DNA of 64,000 bases from Octopus vulgaris. Taxonomy: Eukaryota. Of the stretch, positions 39,341 through 54,578 are shown in pieces. The notes under the pieces are model-generated. The model saw only the letters and a list, made by a program, of their open reading frames with translations, did not search any database and was not told the DNA's origin. The DNA is taken from contig OX597826.1 of NCBI GenBank assembly GCA_951406725.2, positions 48,484,001-48,548,000 on the forward strand, read 5' to 3'. Made by a program: the position numbers and the translations under genes. Position 1 is the first letter of the stretch, and every line of letters starts with the position of its first letter.

Positions 39341-42017
39341 TATCATGACTTTGTTGCATCAAAATCTGTTAAAATTGATACTTTTCTATTAAATCTATGT
39401 ATACCAACAATATTGACTCAATATTGAACTATTTTTTTGCATAATATGCATGGTTATATCAGCCAGTCATCGATTATCTGAAACAGGTGTTAAGATAAGA
39501 CTTGATTAAGCGTGTGTGTTCATATGCATGTTTGTGTGCTTGCATGTGTATGTATGTACATGTGTTGGCTTGTCCCTCCTTGTTGTGACTTCACAAGACA
39601 GATTCAATGATGATTTTGTGAACGAAAGTGACAATGGTGATGACGATGACGACAACCATGATGTTGTCATCACTGTCGCTACTGACAACAATGCTGCTGC
39701 TGCTGCTACAGTTACTGCCGCTATTGCTGCTGCTGTTGCTGTTGTTACCAATGATGAGGATGATGATGATGATGATGATGATGAAGATGATGATAATGAA
39801 GATGATGATAATGACAATGAGAATGATGAGAATTATAGGAGTGACGATGATGATGAAGCGGATTACATACATACATGCATGTGTGTGTGTGCACACTTAT
39901 CTGTGCATGTACTAACATGTGCTCCTGTGTGCACATGTGTGTGTGCGTGTGTGCTCACGTGTATGTGTCTGTGTATGTGTGTATTTCCACATTTCTTTTT
40001 ATTATCAAGTTTTATTTATACATATTATTTTTCATATTGCTCTCTGATACACAATGAGGAAGAGTAATTAGATTACTAACAAAGAGGAAAACACCCGGAA
40101 AAATAAATAAATAATTAAAATTTTTTTTTTGTTTTTAATTTTTACTGTTTTCCAAACATGCTTCCTTAAAAAACATTCTTTAAAAATATTTTTAAAAGTT
40201 CAAAAAATAACAACGATAATATCCATTTTAAAAAAAAAAAGATTCTTTATTTCTTCATTTTTATCGTTATATATTATTATATCATGATTATTATTTTAAT
40301 TATTTTTATTGTTATTATTATCATTATTATTATTATTGTTATTTTTATTATTATCATTGTTATGGGTAATATCATTATCATTATTATTTCAATTATTATT
40401 ATTATTATTATATTTATTATTATCATTATTATTACCATTATTATTTTTATTATTATTATTATTATCATTATTATTATTGTTATTGTTATTGCACGTGTAT
40501 TATTTTATCTGCCATGGATTTATAAACAAATGGTCAGAACAGAACTTAGATCAAATTCTTCAACAATAAAAGAAAGATTAGCAATGTTGCTCTAATTAGA
40601 TGAATGGTGCTGCTCTAATCTTAAGAATTACACCCAAGCCATTATTTCAAAACATTACTTGCTTGGGTCTGAATACATCACAGAGTTTTTATGTATTTTG
40701 AGTATGTTCTTGTTGTTGTTCTCGTTGCCGCTGTTCTTTCTTTTTATTTTCTTTATATTTGTTGTTTTATTGTAATGTAATTTTATTTCATTTCATTTAG
40801 TCTTTTTTTTTATTTTTCTGCGAGAAATTAACTTCTTTCTTAATTTGACTGAACAAATATTTGTTCATTCCTTAAGATGTTTAATAAAGTGTTTATTTAA
40901 AATGTTTGCTGACATGCCTAAGAATTGTTTTCAAACTATTCCATTCTGTGAAATGTTTCAATCGATATAAAGTAAAATTAAAATCATTTCTGCGAATTTC
41001 ATGGCGGAAAATTAAAAATTTTTTTCTTTTCTAAATTGGTGTGAGTTTTCTTTTTGTTAATCTTTTCTTTCATATTGTTTTGTTGTTGGACTTTTTGCTG
41101 TCTTTATTTTTTTTTGTTTTATATACATATTTTTTTATATTTTGCATTATGGTTTCATTTTTTTTATGGGTGGGTGGCTTTGGTAAAAATTATTGGTGCT
41201 TTGTTTTTGGTTTTTGGTTTTTATATGATTATTTTTCTTTTTATTCTTGTGTTTTTATTTTTATTTTTTACATTTATTTATTTATTTATTTATTTATTCA
41301 TTTTTACTTTTTGCTGGATTGTTTTTCTTTTTTTTTTTGGAAAATTTCTGATATAACTTGAGAAAATATCTAAAAAGACGAGCATTATCTTCAAAGAATA
41401 AAGTCTGAGATATTAGACAAACCGACAGAGCAGGAGATGTAAAGTAACTAAGCAACAACTGAAGATTAGTAAAATAATAGCTAAAAAAAAAAGTAACAAA
41501 AGCAAAAAAAAAAACAAAATCTCCCTCCAAAAATATGAAGCAAACTACACACAAAATAAAGAAGAGATGAGAAAACATGAACGACAAACAACGTAATAAG
41601 AACAACAACAAAAAACAGAAATAATAGTGACAACAACAGCAACAAAATGGCTGAAAAACTGCCAGCAGGCGTTATTTGTTCATTTCTGTTGAAAATGTTT
41701 GTAATTTTCTTTATGATAATCAGACTACAAGTTACATTGAAATACAATGGCCAATAGTAAGACAATAACCGCGTTACATGCAGCAGCAGAAGAAGAAGTG
41801 TGCAGTTGGCTGCTTGTTGATCGGTTTGTTATGAATATTTGCGTTGAAAGCATTTCAGACACAAAAGCGTATTTTTGCAGATACAAATATGGCTGCCGTT
41901 TCATTGTGTTTTGGTTAGTCTGTATATGCATATTGTTTGGATGTGTTTTGAGTGTATATTTAGGTCTATAGATGTGTGCTATGATTATAGAGGCAATCGC
42001 ATATATATATATATAAC

Positions 42018-42074
<57 letters not shown>

Positions 42075-42097
42075 ATATACATGTATGTATGTATATA

Positions 42098-42165
<68 letters not shown>

Positions 42166-42904
42166 ACACACACAAATACACTTATACATATAAGATGTAC
42201 ACACGCACATATACTTATATATTTATAAAGACACACACATATATTGTGATGGCTTTGAGGAATGTATGCCTTATAAATCTTTGAATTCCTGTCAATTGTG
42301 ATATCTTGAAGAAAAGTCTGGCAAAGGTTTTTGCAAGATTTTGGATCAGCCAATTGTTAAAGTATATTTTCTTCAAATTGAGCCAAAGGAGTGAGAACGT
42401 ATTTTGTGTGTGTGTGCGTGTGCGTATGTGTGTGTGTTTCAATATTATCCAGGCTACAATGCTCTCACCATTATATATAATGTTAAAGGAGAATTTTTTC
42501 TGCATATATGAGCATAAATTTCTTATCCATATATTACTGATATCAATATAGAAACAGAAGTTCTGAAATAATAGAGTCTGCCACTGAAGAGATAAATTAC
42601 ACCAAAACACTGGTGTCTGATAGTTCCCTGATGTCATCTGAAGCATTCTGTTTTTTAACAAAGTAAAGTCTCTAACGTTTTTCACTGTGTGCACAAATGC
42701 TTTTGAAATGATGTAGACATCATTATTTTGGTCACTGCTGCTTCAAATGCATATATTGATCTTTTATTATTTTGTAGGTTATTCAGTACTGGCTGAATTG
42801 GGGAGAAGTAGAATTTTTACATATACTATGTCCACTCATTTATATCAATACTCTATAGGAACTTATTTAAACTTATTTTATTGTAAAAATGGAAACTAAT
42901 ATAT

Positions 42905-43320
42905 GCACAGGTGAGGCATAGTGGTTAGAAGTTTGCTTAACAATTACATAGTCCTGGGTTCAATCACCCTGCATGATGCTTTATACTATAACCCCTATCT
43001 GGCTAAAGCCTTGTGAGTGGATTTGCTATTCAGAAAGTGAAAGAACTTCATTGTATGTATATGTGTATATGCATGCATGTGTATGTGTGCATGTATATAT
43101 TTATGATTGCATATGGATGGATGGATGGATTGATGCATGCATGAATGCATAGGTGCTGGCATAGCTGAGTGATAAGGAGTTTGGGTTCCAACTACATGGC
43201 TCTAGATTCAGTCCCACTGTGTGGCGCCTTTTGCAAGTAGTTTTTACTATAGCCCTGGGCTGACCAATGCCTTCTTTGAAGATTTCGTAGATTGAAACTG
43301 AAAGAAACATGTCATCTGTT
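42905..43320 (+). mobile_element. Two diverged SINE A 5' halves
   Basis: B-box and gccttgtgagtggattt / gaaactgaaagaa motifs. Confidence 0.65.
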
Positions 43321-43649
43321 TATGTGTGTGCGTGTGTGTGCGTGTGCATGCATGCAGATGTGCAAATAAATAAGAACACAAAGAAGAATGAAGCATTATG
43401 CATCTTTGATAGTTTACCAAAGATAAAATTCTGATATGTGTTTCTATTTCACAATCATATTAGACTTCTTAAATGTAATGGAGATTCAAATTAATAAATA
43501 CATATTAAATTGATTCCATGTGTACACTAGCAAAATGGGTTTTTGGGGGGTCTGTTTTCCATGCCCACATTTCTTGAATTTTATGTGTGTGTGTGTGTGT
43601 GAGGGTGTGCGTATATGTGTGTATGTGTGTGTGTATATATATATATATA

Positions 43650-43950
43650 TTTTGTTTTGGGATTTGGTTTGCAGGATTCTTTATGTGAGTTCGTGTGTTG
43701 AAGCATATTCTGTTGTGGTTGTGTCTGCAGAGAGTCATTTTCTTTTTGTGCCTATATAATTTAACACACTCACCGGTAAAATTTCCACATATTTCTTATT
43801 TTTATTTTCAGGACAATAAAAATAACAAATATGTGGAAATTTTACCGGTGAGTGTGTTAAATTATATAGGCACAAAAAGAAAATGACTCTCCCCAGGTAC
43901 AACAGTATATATATACTTACATGTAAGAGACCAAAATGTACGTACACCAC
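43650..43950. repeat. Fold-back element with near-perfect 162-bp palindromic core (43730-43891)
   Basis: gagagtcattttctttttgtgcc...ggcacaaaaagaaaatgactctc; (TA)n on both sides. Confidence 0.9.
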
Positions 43951-43974
43951 TATATATATATATATATATATATA

Positions 43975-44130
43975 AATACAAAATGGGACAAGAACGCAAA
44001 ATATCCAGACAGTTAGGTGATACAAGAAAGGGACAACAAAACATCCAGATAGATGATACAAAGAAAACAAGGATGGGTCATTTGGAGTTTTCTTTCCTCA
44101 GTCGAGTTCCAGATTATCTTTGCAATTTCT
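43975..44130 (-). mobile_element. Interspersed repeat end abutting (TA)n, probable PLE tail
   Basis: Same family as 63000-63145 (aatacaaaatgggacaagaac...). Confidence 0.6.
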
Positions 44131-44755
44131 AAATCTCTCAATGAGAGATCTTCAGTAACAGTACTTTAGAGTAAAGACTGTTTACCAACATAACGCGGCA
44201 GTCCTGGATGGGACGAATGTTACTGTTGTTTGTTCCCAGGAAGTGTCATTTCCATCTGGTTATATGACACAATATCTGTATCCTTATATTTTCGAACAGG
44301 GAAGCTCAGTACCCCCATCCAGCACAAAGCAACATCTGTGGACCAGTTTCTAAGTTATTGCCCTTTCTCAGCACAGAGTAGCTGCTTGACTAGACAGTGC
44401 TGCTGAATTCCTGTTTGAAAATATATAATTTTCAAAGTGATACATATAAAGAAATCTTTTATCTTTTATTTTTTATTTGTTTCCCTCATTAAACTGCACC
44501 CATGCTGGGGCATAGATATATATATAATATGCATACCAACATGCATGCTCATATGTAGACACATGCATGCACATACATAAATACATACATAGTTCCCAAT
44601 CTCCCTCTCTCTTGACACACACACACACACACATTCACACATATATATATATATAAGAGAGAGAGAGGGGAACAAGAGAAAGTGAGAAAGAGGGGTACCA
44701 ATGAGTATATAAATGAAACACTTTAAGTGTTAATATGTATGATTACATACATATA

Positions 44756-45161
44756 GGCGCAGGGGTAGCTATGTGGTAAGTTAATTGCTTACCAACCACA
44801 TGGTTCCGGGTTTAGTCCCACTGCATGGCACCTTGGGCAAATATCTTCTACTATAGCCTCAGGCTGACCAAAGCCTTATCAGTGGATTTGTTAGACAGAA
44901 ACTGAAGGAAGCCTGTTGTATATATGTATATATATGTGTGTGTGTGTATATTTGTGTGTCTCTGTTTCCCCCAACATCGCGTGACAACCGATGCTGGTGT
45001 GTTTACGTCCCTGTAGCTTAGTGGTTCAGCAAAAGAGACTGATAGAATAAGTACTAGGCTTCCAAAGAATAAGTCCTGGGGTCGATTTGCTCAACTAAAG
45101 GTGGTGCTCCAGCATGGCCACAGTCAAATGACTGAAACAGGTAAAAGAGAGTAAAAGAGTA
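44756..45161 (+). mobile_element. SINE family A, full length
   Basis: Complete head, body and tail. Confidence 0.9.
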
Positions 45162-45725
45162 TACATACATAAATACATATACACACATACATACATTCAT
45201 ACATAAACATATACATGCACACACACACAAATACATATGTACACATATACAAATATACACACACATACAAATACTTACATACACCCACATGCTTACACAC
45301 ACTTATACATACATACACTCATACATATACATGCATACATATTATTTAGATTTAGTCTCTCCATTTATTAAATAAGTACGTTTGTTTTCCATTTCATTTG
45401 GAGCTGGAAGGAAGTTCACTTAATATTAATAAACTATGAAATTAAATCTATTTATGAAGTGGCTGTATGATTAAAAGTAGGCCTCACCGATAGATCATGT
45501 CAGTTCTTAGAGACTGGCACCTTCTCTCAGACTCCTCACGCTCCAATGATTTTCAATTCCAGTGACCTTTATGTGAAAATTACAGAGAGTTAAATCAGAT
45601 TTCATTACTATAAGAGAGGGAAGCAAATATGGATAATAAAACCACACAAGTTACTACAGGATCTATTTTTGACTGATAATTGCTTTTGATAAATAATAAT
45701 AATAACAAAAATAATAATAATAATG

Positions 45726-45775
<50 letters not shown>

Positions 45776-45907
45776 CATCATCATCATCGTTTAGCGTCCG
45801 CTTTCCATGCTAGGTTCAACTGGGGTCTGGGAAGCCAGAAGGCTGCACCAGACCCAGGCTGATCTGGCAATGTTTCTACAGCTGGATGCCCTTCCTAACG
45901 CCAACCA

Positions 45908-45965
<58 letters not shown>

Positions 45966-45981
45966 GGTGGTGGTGGTGGTG

Positions 45982-46061
<80 letters not shown>

Positions 46062-46084
46062 AGTAGTAGTAGTAGTAGTAGTAC

Positions 46085-46498
46085 TTGAGGAGACACCAAG
46101 GTGGAAGAGGCTTAATAGTAGTAGAAGAATATGTACAGATGGAAAGAAAAAGTCTAGTAGAGTATTTGCAGAAACAAAAAATTATGATGATTCTTTGGGA
46201 TTTATCAGTACATACAGACAGAACCAGCAAAGCTTATAAATTAGATATTGTTGTGTAAGACCAAAACAATAAAATCTGTTTCTTGATTGACATGAGCATT
46301 TTTTTGTGATAATAATTTCTCAACAAAAGAATTTGACAAGCTCAGAAAATATAAAAACTTGCTTATTGAAATCGAAAAAATGTGGCATCTCAAGGTGGTT
46401 AAAATACCAGTGGATTGTAGGAGCATCTAGAATGATAAGAAAAAAATGAGTGAAAAATATTTGAGAACGATTCCTGGCTTACCATCGATGCAAGAAGT
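46085..46498 (+). mobile_element. R4/Dong-clade LINE restriction-like endonuclease relic
   Basis: WDLSVHTDR..DIVV..KICFLIDMSI..KEFDKLRKYKNLLIEIEKMWHLKVVKIPV; stops and frameshifts. Confidence 0.85.
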
Positions 46499-46664
46499 GC
46501 GCGCAGGAGTGGCTGTGTGGTAAGTAGCTTGTTTACCAACCACATGGTTCCGGGTTCAGTCCCACTGCGTGGCACCTTGGGAAAGTGTCTTCTACTATAG
46601 CCTCAGGCCGACCAAAGCCTTGTGAGTGGATTTGGTAGACGGACACTGAAAGAAGCCCGTCATA

Positions 46665-46727
<63 letters not shown>

Positions 46728-46941
46728 GTGTGTGTGTTTGTGTGTCTGTGTTTGTCACCCTAGCATTGCTTGACAACCGATGCTGGTGCGTTTATGTCCC
46801 CGTTACTTAGCAGTTCGGCAAAAGAGACCGATGGAATAAGTACTGGGCTTACAAAAGAATAAGTCCCGGAGTCGATTTGCTCGATTAAAGGCGGTGCTCC
46901 AGCATGGCCGCAGTCAAATGACTGAAACAAGTAAAAGAGTA
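46499..46941 (+). mobile_element. SINE family A, full length, little diverged
   Basis: CpGs retained; directly abuts the LINE relic. Confidence 0.92.
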
Positions 46942-47182
46942 ACTGGTGAGTTACATGTATTGAGAAAAGCATTGTTGCTGGGAGAACAATTTGCAATCCA
47001 TGTAAATTTCTTCCTACATTTTTTTTTCTTTTTACACATCAGTTGACTTTGTAAATGAACAAATCTGGTTTGTTTATTTTAATTACCTCTCAATGTATAA
47101 CAGCAAGTTTCTTTGCCCTAGGTGGTGGTGTCAGGAAGGCCTATGGCAAGAAATGGAAACAAAATTGAAAGAAGAAATAATT

Positions 47183-47193
47183 AATGATGATGA

Positions 47194-47227
<34 letters not shown>

Positions 47228-47277
47228 GGTGGTGGTGGTGGTGGTGATGATGATGGTGGTGGTGGTGGTGGTGGTGG

Positions 47278-47332
<55 letters not shown>

Positions 47333-47334
47333 GG

Positions 47335-47417
<83 letters not shown>

Positions 47418-47465
47418 ATGATGATGGGGATGATGATGATGATGATGGTGGTGATGGTGATGATG

Positions 47466-47518
<53 letters not shown>

Positions 47519-47546
47519 GATGATGATAATAATAATAATGATAAAT
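47183..47546. repeat. Compound (GAT)n/(GGT)n microsatellite
   Basis: Direct inspection. Confidence 0.95.
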
Positions 47547-48144
47547 AATGGAACAAAGAAATATGGTTTTTTTGGTTTTCTTGTTAATTCTTACAGGAGA
47601 TGTTGATGCTAAATGATATCTGGTTAAGAAATTCACATAAAGTTTACGCTGGGGTACTTAAAATAAAACCTTGCATATGATTTACTTGTTTTGGTTTATT
47701 GCTTGTTTTTTTTTCTGTTTTTTTTTTTTTGTATTTTTCAATGCAATGAGATTGTTCTAACATTGCACTTATTAAAATATTGATTCTGCTTTAGGTATAA
47801 GGGTTCAAATATAGGGAAGAAGTATAGTTGATTGTAATTAACCACGGGGTTTGGTTGATATATTATTTTATCATTATATCAATACTGGAAAGATGGAAAA
47901 CAAGTAATGCTGCCCTCGGTAGGATTTGAACTCAGAAAGTAAAATATCAAAAGAAAATAGTGCAAGGCTTTTTATCTGATGAACTAGTAGATCTACTAAA
48001 CTAATGCCCTAAATTATCATCATCATCATCATCATCATTATCATCATCATCTATAAGCACATTAATCTCTTTTATTAAGCTGTATGCTAAAATTTGCAAG
48101 AAATATTTTCAATATTCATGAGATATGATTCCCTAACACACATG

Positions 48145-48189
<45 letters not shown>

Positions 48190-48546
48190 AGGAAGGAAGG
48201 ATGGATGGATGGATGGGTGGATGGTTGGATGGAAAGATAGATAAAGAGATAGGTGCATGCATACATATATACATATAAACATATACACATACACACACAT
48301 ATATACATATACTTATATAAACATACACAGATACACACACATATATACAGATATACATATATAATTATACATATATATATATACACAAATACATACAAAT
48401 AATATATATATATATATGTATATATAATGTCTAATGTGTAATATACATACATCCACACATCCACACACACACACACTCACACACACCCACATACACATAT
48501 ATACATGTGTTTCTTTGCCACTGTTGTCTTACTATACTATACAGAG

Positions 48547-48616
<70 letters not shown>

Positions 48617-48643
48617 GTATGTATATATATATGCATATATATG

Positions 48644-48689
<46 letters not shown>

Positions 48690-48691
48690 TT

Positions 48692-48722
<31 letters not shown>

Positions 48723-49194
48723 TACATGTATACATATATACATATATATTTACATATATATATGTGTATATATATATACATACATATATATATACTTATA
48801 TACATACATATATATATGTATGTATATATATGTATATCCAATATGGCCGTGGTGTCATCTAAAGAATGTCTGTTTAACATATGCTGTTAGCAATATGTGA
48901 TGAATTGATAAATTCTCTTGATGTCTTGATACCTTGATGTCTTGGAGTCTTCTGTTCTGAAGCAGCAGGAAACCCCTGTCTAATCAGTGTGAGACTTTAA
49001 AGAACACGAAATGACAAGACCTTCTTTTGCATGCTATGTAGAGCTGCCATCACTTTGCCAGTGGGTGATGAACAGTTTAAATGCAGGAAGCTGATAATAT
49101 CATGGCCATCCCTGCTTTCGTTCTCCTCTTCTTCTGCGTTATCACAGTCCATGTTTTTTTTGTTGTTATTGTTGTTGTTGCTGTTGTTGTTGTT

Positions 49195-49644
49195 ATATCA
49201 TTATCATCGTTGTAATTAATCATTGTCATCATAACAGCCATCATCATTATTGTTATCACCATTATCATCATCATCATTTTTTCATAATCATCATCATCAT
49301 CATCAACAGCGGCAGCATTGTTGTTGTCGGCACTGCGTTTCTCCTCCTTATCCTCTTTTATTTTTGTTTCCTTCTCCTAATCATCGCTGTCATCATCATC
49401 ATCGCCATCATCATCATTGGCATCACGGTAATCAAAATCATCATCAACACCATCATCATCACCAAAATTATCATCATCATCATCATCATCGTTGCTGTCA
49501 GAAACAGTGGCTGTGTCATTGCCACCATTGTCATCATTACCATCATCCTCACCATCATCCTCACCATCATCATCACCATCACCATCATCATCACCATCAC
49601 CATCATCATCATCATCATCATCATCATTGTTGTTGTTACTCTTG

Positions 49645-49684
<40 letters not shown>

Positions 49685-49980
49685 CATATCATCATCATCA
49701 TCATCATCATCATTGTTGTCACTATTGTCATCATCATCATCTTCATCATCATTATCATTGCCTTTGTTGTCATCATTATCATTGCTGTCAGCAGCCGTGG
49801 TGGTGTCATTGCCATCATTGCAATCATTGTCACCACCATCATCATCCTCAATAGCAGTAGCATTGTCATTGAGAATTTAACCACCGACACCACGACCAGT
49901 ACTGCTCCTTCTACCACAACTACCTACCACAACTACCTCTATCATCATCATCAACATCATCATCATCATCACCACCACAA
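49195..49980. repeat. Degenerate (CAT)n/(CAC)n low-complexity tract
   Basis: Direct inspection. Confidence 0.9.
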
Positions 49981-50316
49981 GCTCACAAAATTGAGAATGT
50001 TTAGCTGTAGAGGGATGCAAGGACAGCTATGATTTTACATACCTTGACATGTTTTCTCAACCACAGTAACCCGCCCGTAGTCTCGGCTCTCTGTCCTCCC
50101 CTCTGTGAGACCCAACACTGAAGATCCTTATTTATGTAGAATGGTATACATATAAGATTCCAAATGTTTTTTATATACACATGCTGATGTATGACTTATG
50201 TTGGACTCCTCATTTGCATAATCACCGAACCTGGAGGTTAACTATAGTCTGTACATAGCACTTACTCAGCATTACCTGACACCTTTGGGTCTTATTGACA
50301 CCATTACTTCTCATAA

Positions 50317-50359
<43 letters not shown>

Positions 50360-51062
50360 GATGGGGGCTGCTTTCAGTTTTCCTCTACCAAATCCACTCA
50401 CAAGGCTTTGGTCAGCCTGAGGCTAAAGTAGAAAACACTTGCCTTGGGAACACAGTGGGACTGAACCCAGAACCATGTGGTTGGGAAGCAAGCTTCTTAC
50501 CACACAACCATGCCTGCCCCTAATAAACAACACGAATAAAATAAATCATATCTTTTCATATCTTTCAGTGTTATATTCAATAACTAAGGAGAACCATTGG
50601 ACAAGACAGTAGATAGTTCTGATTGTGATGTAATACATGATAGCTAATATTTATTGTCACTACGAAATAAATCAATGTATATATATATATATATGCATTA
50701 CGGACAAATTTCTGAAAGAGAGAGAGGGAGCGGGGAAGGGAAAGAGAGAGAGAGGATGTGTGTGTGTATGTGTGTGTGTTTGCCGAAATGCACATTAAGT
50801 AAACAGGACATCTTTGTGGAAAGGATGTTGCAACAAGACCCGGTTTAGAGTGGGATTATTATTCTAAGTATCAGAGATATTTAAAATGCCAAGAAGAAAT
50901 TTCCAAGCAAACACAGTCTTATGTATATATGTGTGTATATATGTGTATATATATAAATCACTGCAACGATTAAGACAATAGAGAAATGTATATAACCAGG
51001 ATATCTGATACAAAATCTGCAGTTTCTGCTGGTGAGTGTAATGTACATGTACACACACACAT

Positions 51063-51107
<45 letters not shown>

Positions 51108-51270
51108 CATATACGCATACACACACACATACATAAACATATATATATACATATGTATCATCATCCTCAGCAGCAGCAGCATCGTTTAACGTCCGTTTTC
51201 CATGCTGGCATGGGTTGGATGGTTTGACCAGGGAATGACACACCAGTAGGCTGCGCCAAGTTCCATGTAT

Positions 51271-51323
51271 AACAAAACTGTCTGACGAGCAGGAACGTGA
51301 AACTCCGAGTAACAGCTTTTGTT
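51271..51323 (+). ncRNA. Minimal type I hammerhead ribozyme, intact core
   Basis: aacaaaactgt-CTGACGA-gc(aggaac)gt-GAAA-ctc(c)gag-TA-acagcttttgtt; then aataaa and (TA)n. Confidence 0.8.
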
Positions 51324-51347
51324 AAATTTCTGCTGCTTTTAAATAAA

Positions 51348-51396
<49 letters not shown>

Positions 51397-51496
51397 CATA
51401 CAGATAAATAGAGAGAGTGAAAGATGTAGACAGAGAGATAGTTTGATATAGATATACACATATATGTATATATATGTGTATATATTATATATGCAT

Positions 51497-51700
51497 ATTC
51501 TTTTATTTGCTTTAGTCATTTGACTGTGGCCATGCTGGAGCACTGCCTTTAGTTGATCTAACCAACCCCAGGACTTATTCTTTGTAAGCCTAGTACTTAT
51601 TCTCTTTTGCCAAACCACTAAGTTACAGGGACATGAACACACCAGCATCGGTTGTCAAGCGATGTTGGAGGGACAAACACAAACACACAAGCATGACAAA
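51497..51700 (-). mobile_element. SINE family A 3' half
   Basis: Tail and body match. Confidence 0.8.
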
Positions 51701-52039
51701 CACAGACAAGTATATCTCAATGTACATATGCACACACACACACACACACATGCGCACACATATTGTAAGGTTTATAGCTTGCTGCAAAATTAAATAGATA
51801 TTAAATTGCACACATATGCAGCAGATTCTGAAATTCCTGGTTCTGTGTGAGATTGATGCAACATGATCCTTTGAAGAATTAAGATTTGCAATGAATACAT
51901 CTGCTACTCTTTCTGCTATTGCTTTTGTTATTGTTGTTGTCATTGTTGATGTGATTGTTGATGTGATTGTTGCTGTTGCTGTTGTTGCTAGACTTCATGT
52001 CAGCCTTAATTATGCAGACCAATGACCAAAATGTTCTAG

Positions 52040-52800
52040 TAATGACCATCACACTTTTCCCTGCTGGCATCCTGATTTTTCTCTAACACAATATTTTGCA
52101 ATCCAGAATACCCCAGGAATATTTAATTCCAGCTTTTATTCCAACTATATACACCTGATATTTCCTTCTTGCTACTTGGTACTGGTTTTTGCTGTTTCAT
52201 CTTCCAGTCTCTTTAGTTGTATCTCTTCAACTTTATGCTCTGTCTATAGAACTATTTTACCATTACGTCACCATTTTTTTTTTACCAAGACTTAGTACTA
52301 ACCAAAGATCTTGTCTGTAGCCCTCAGCAAGTGTTCTTCTACAAGAAATCCATGGTGCCCTCTCTGTTATAATTTTCTATTTTTTCACCTATCTTGTCCT
52401 ATATCTCAGTGAATATTTTGTAATGATTCAACTTCCATGACCTCCTTCTTAAGATTTTCTTTTATTTCTGGATCCATCTAGTCCTTATTTTGATGCCTTC
52501 ATTACTGTTGGGTGGTACATTCTTCTGCAGTGAGAGAGAGAGAGACTAAGTGTTCCAAACCATCTATCTCTTTTTCTAGTTTCTGTAATTGTTTGATTGA
52601 GACGGGATCCGATGGTTGTCTAATTTCCTGTAGCTTGTATTTTAAATGATTAAGTAATTCACATCTCAGAACTTCAAGAGCCTTAATCCTTTCAATTCTT
52701 GTACCATAACCATGGCCTTCATGTATGCCAGAGAGACTCCAGTGACATTATCCTTTAAAATCCCTGATCACAATAATGAGATTGCTTGCATTTATTCTAG
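52040..52800 (-). mobile_element. Heavily decayed LINE relic, R4-like
   Basis: Minus-strand YSWGILD..RKIR and HHGF-like remnants; many stops. Confidence 0.35.
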
Positions 52801-52928
52801 TAGGAAGTCTGCAGAAAGATCTCATAAAAGCAGTCATTCTGTTCCTCTGTTAGCTCTGTACAACATATGCTAAAATCAAGTTTCAATAGATTTGCTCGAC
52901 ACTAGCTTAAGTATAATTATTCAATCAT

Positions 52929-53012
52929 ATAATCTGACTCCCTTATCTATTAATTCTTCTGCTAACAACATAATCTGACTACCTTATCTATTAATTCTTC
53001 TGCTAACAACAT
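52929..53012. repeat. 41-bp tandem duplication
   Basis: ataatctgact(c/a)ccttatctattaattcttctgctaacaac x2. Confidence 0.9.
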
Positions 53013-53578
53013 GCTTATTCCGCTTACCCCATCTCGTTACCTGCTCAAAGAATTCCTTCTTAGTTCCTTGTCTGCCATCAGTCTAGCTAAGGCTCTTTTC
53101 CATCTGCTTTTTGCACATGTAGGTCAGTGCTAGAGAGCGTGCGGCCCAATTAGAGAATTGTCAGTGGGGCCCTCTACTCTTCAAGAGCTGAAGATTGGTG
53201 TTTTATGCTTTGTGTAGTACATCAGTCCCAGCCAAAATGCATTGAGACTCTGTCGTTAACCAGAATGATACACTAAAAATTGAAAGCTCATATGAAAGTT
53301 TTGATGTTTTATTACAAGTTGAGCATGTACATGGACCCCTCTCTTAATACAGGGCCCCATTTGAACAAATCTATCTAATATATATATATAATACGTAACT
53401 TGGAAGCAGTGCTACGGATGTACCAGCACACACGAGATTGAGACATGGCCGACCTCATGCATTTCTCATGAGGAATTCCAGAAGGAGCATTGTGAGACTA
53501 CTGCTAAGACACTTCCAAAAAATAAAAAAGAAAAGCCGTTAGAAAACCGATTATAGCAGTGACTCCATCTAAGAATAT

Positions 53579-53612
53579 CTGAAGAAGGAATATTATTCCG
53601 AAATATCATATC
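53579..53612 (+). ncRNA. Hammerhead core with decayed stem I
   Basis: CTGAAGA-a-ggaat(att)attcc-GAAA-tat(c)ata-TC. Confidence 0.55.
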
Positions 53613-54285
53613 GGACTATGGATGACTAAATTACAACAGGTATATAGCCCATTGTCTGTATTATAGTGCATTGTTGTACCATTCTGAACCTTTTTATTCT
53701 TTACTATCTAATAGGCTTAAAACCATCCCTGTGCCCACATCGCACTTGCACTTGCCTCCATTCCAGTACTTCCACAATATTTTCTGAGAATCTCTGCATC
53801 ATACTGACTTTCATGGTGACCATACTGAAGTTGTTGGCCTCACAAAAGCAGAAAGGTTGTCCTGAAGATGAATCTACTGGTTGGTGTTGCCTTCTGCAGC
53901 TGAAAGGAAGAAGCAAGTCTGCACTATTGCTTGGCAACAATCAAAAGACTCTTATATGTAACTCAATATTTTAGCTTCCAGTTGATTCTCAATTATTTCC
54001 AACTCTCCTGTGAATCACTGCAAGCAATTATTATCAACATTACTACAATTAATATGGTGGGTATTTGAACTAAATGCTTGGAATAGAAATGGATTGAGGG
54101 CTACTGTTGCTATCATTGACATATGTGTAAATACTGTTGCATGTTTATGCGGTGATAATATACAACGGACAAGGATTCAAGACATGAAAAAGATACATCA
54201 ACAGTATGTGTGTGTGCAATTACAGAACTCGTATATGTGTGTGTACATGTACACATGTACATATCTATCTATATATCTATCTGCT

Positions 54286-54317
<32 letters not shown>

Positions 54318-54470
54318 CATACACACACATATATATACACACACACATATATATATATACACACATATATACTCACATATACATGCATATAAATATATAG
54401 ATTATATAAGCATGTGTGTGTATAGACATGAACGCATATATGTGTTAATCTATATAAATATCTATCTGTT

Positions 54471-54524
<54 letters not shown>

Positions 54525-54578
54525 TGTATGTATGTATGTATGTATGTATGTATGTATGTATGTATGTGTGTATGTATG

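Noticed and set aside
49250-50032. 260-aa His-rich ORF
   Set aside because: Degenerate (CAT)n; overlapping frames are similarly open; no splice or domain support.
53860-53915. CTGAAGA...GAAA pair
   Set aside because: No stem II/III pairing or cleavage triplet, so not counted as a hammerhead.
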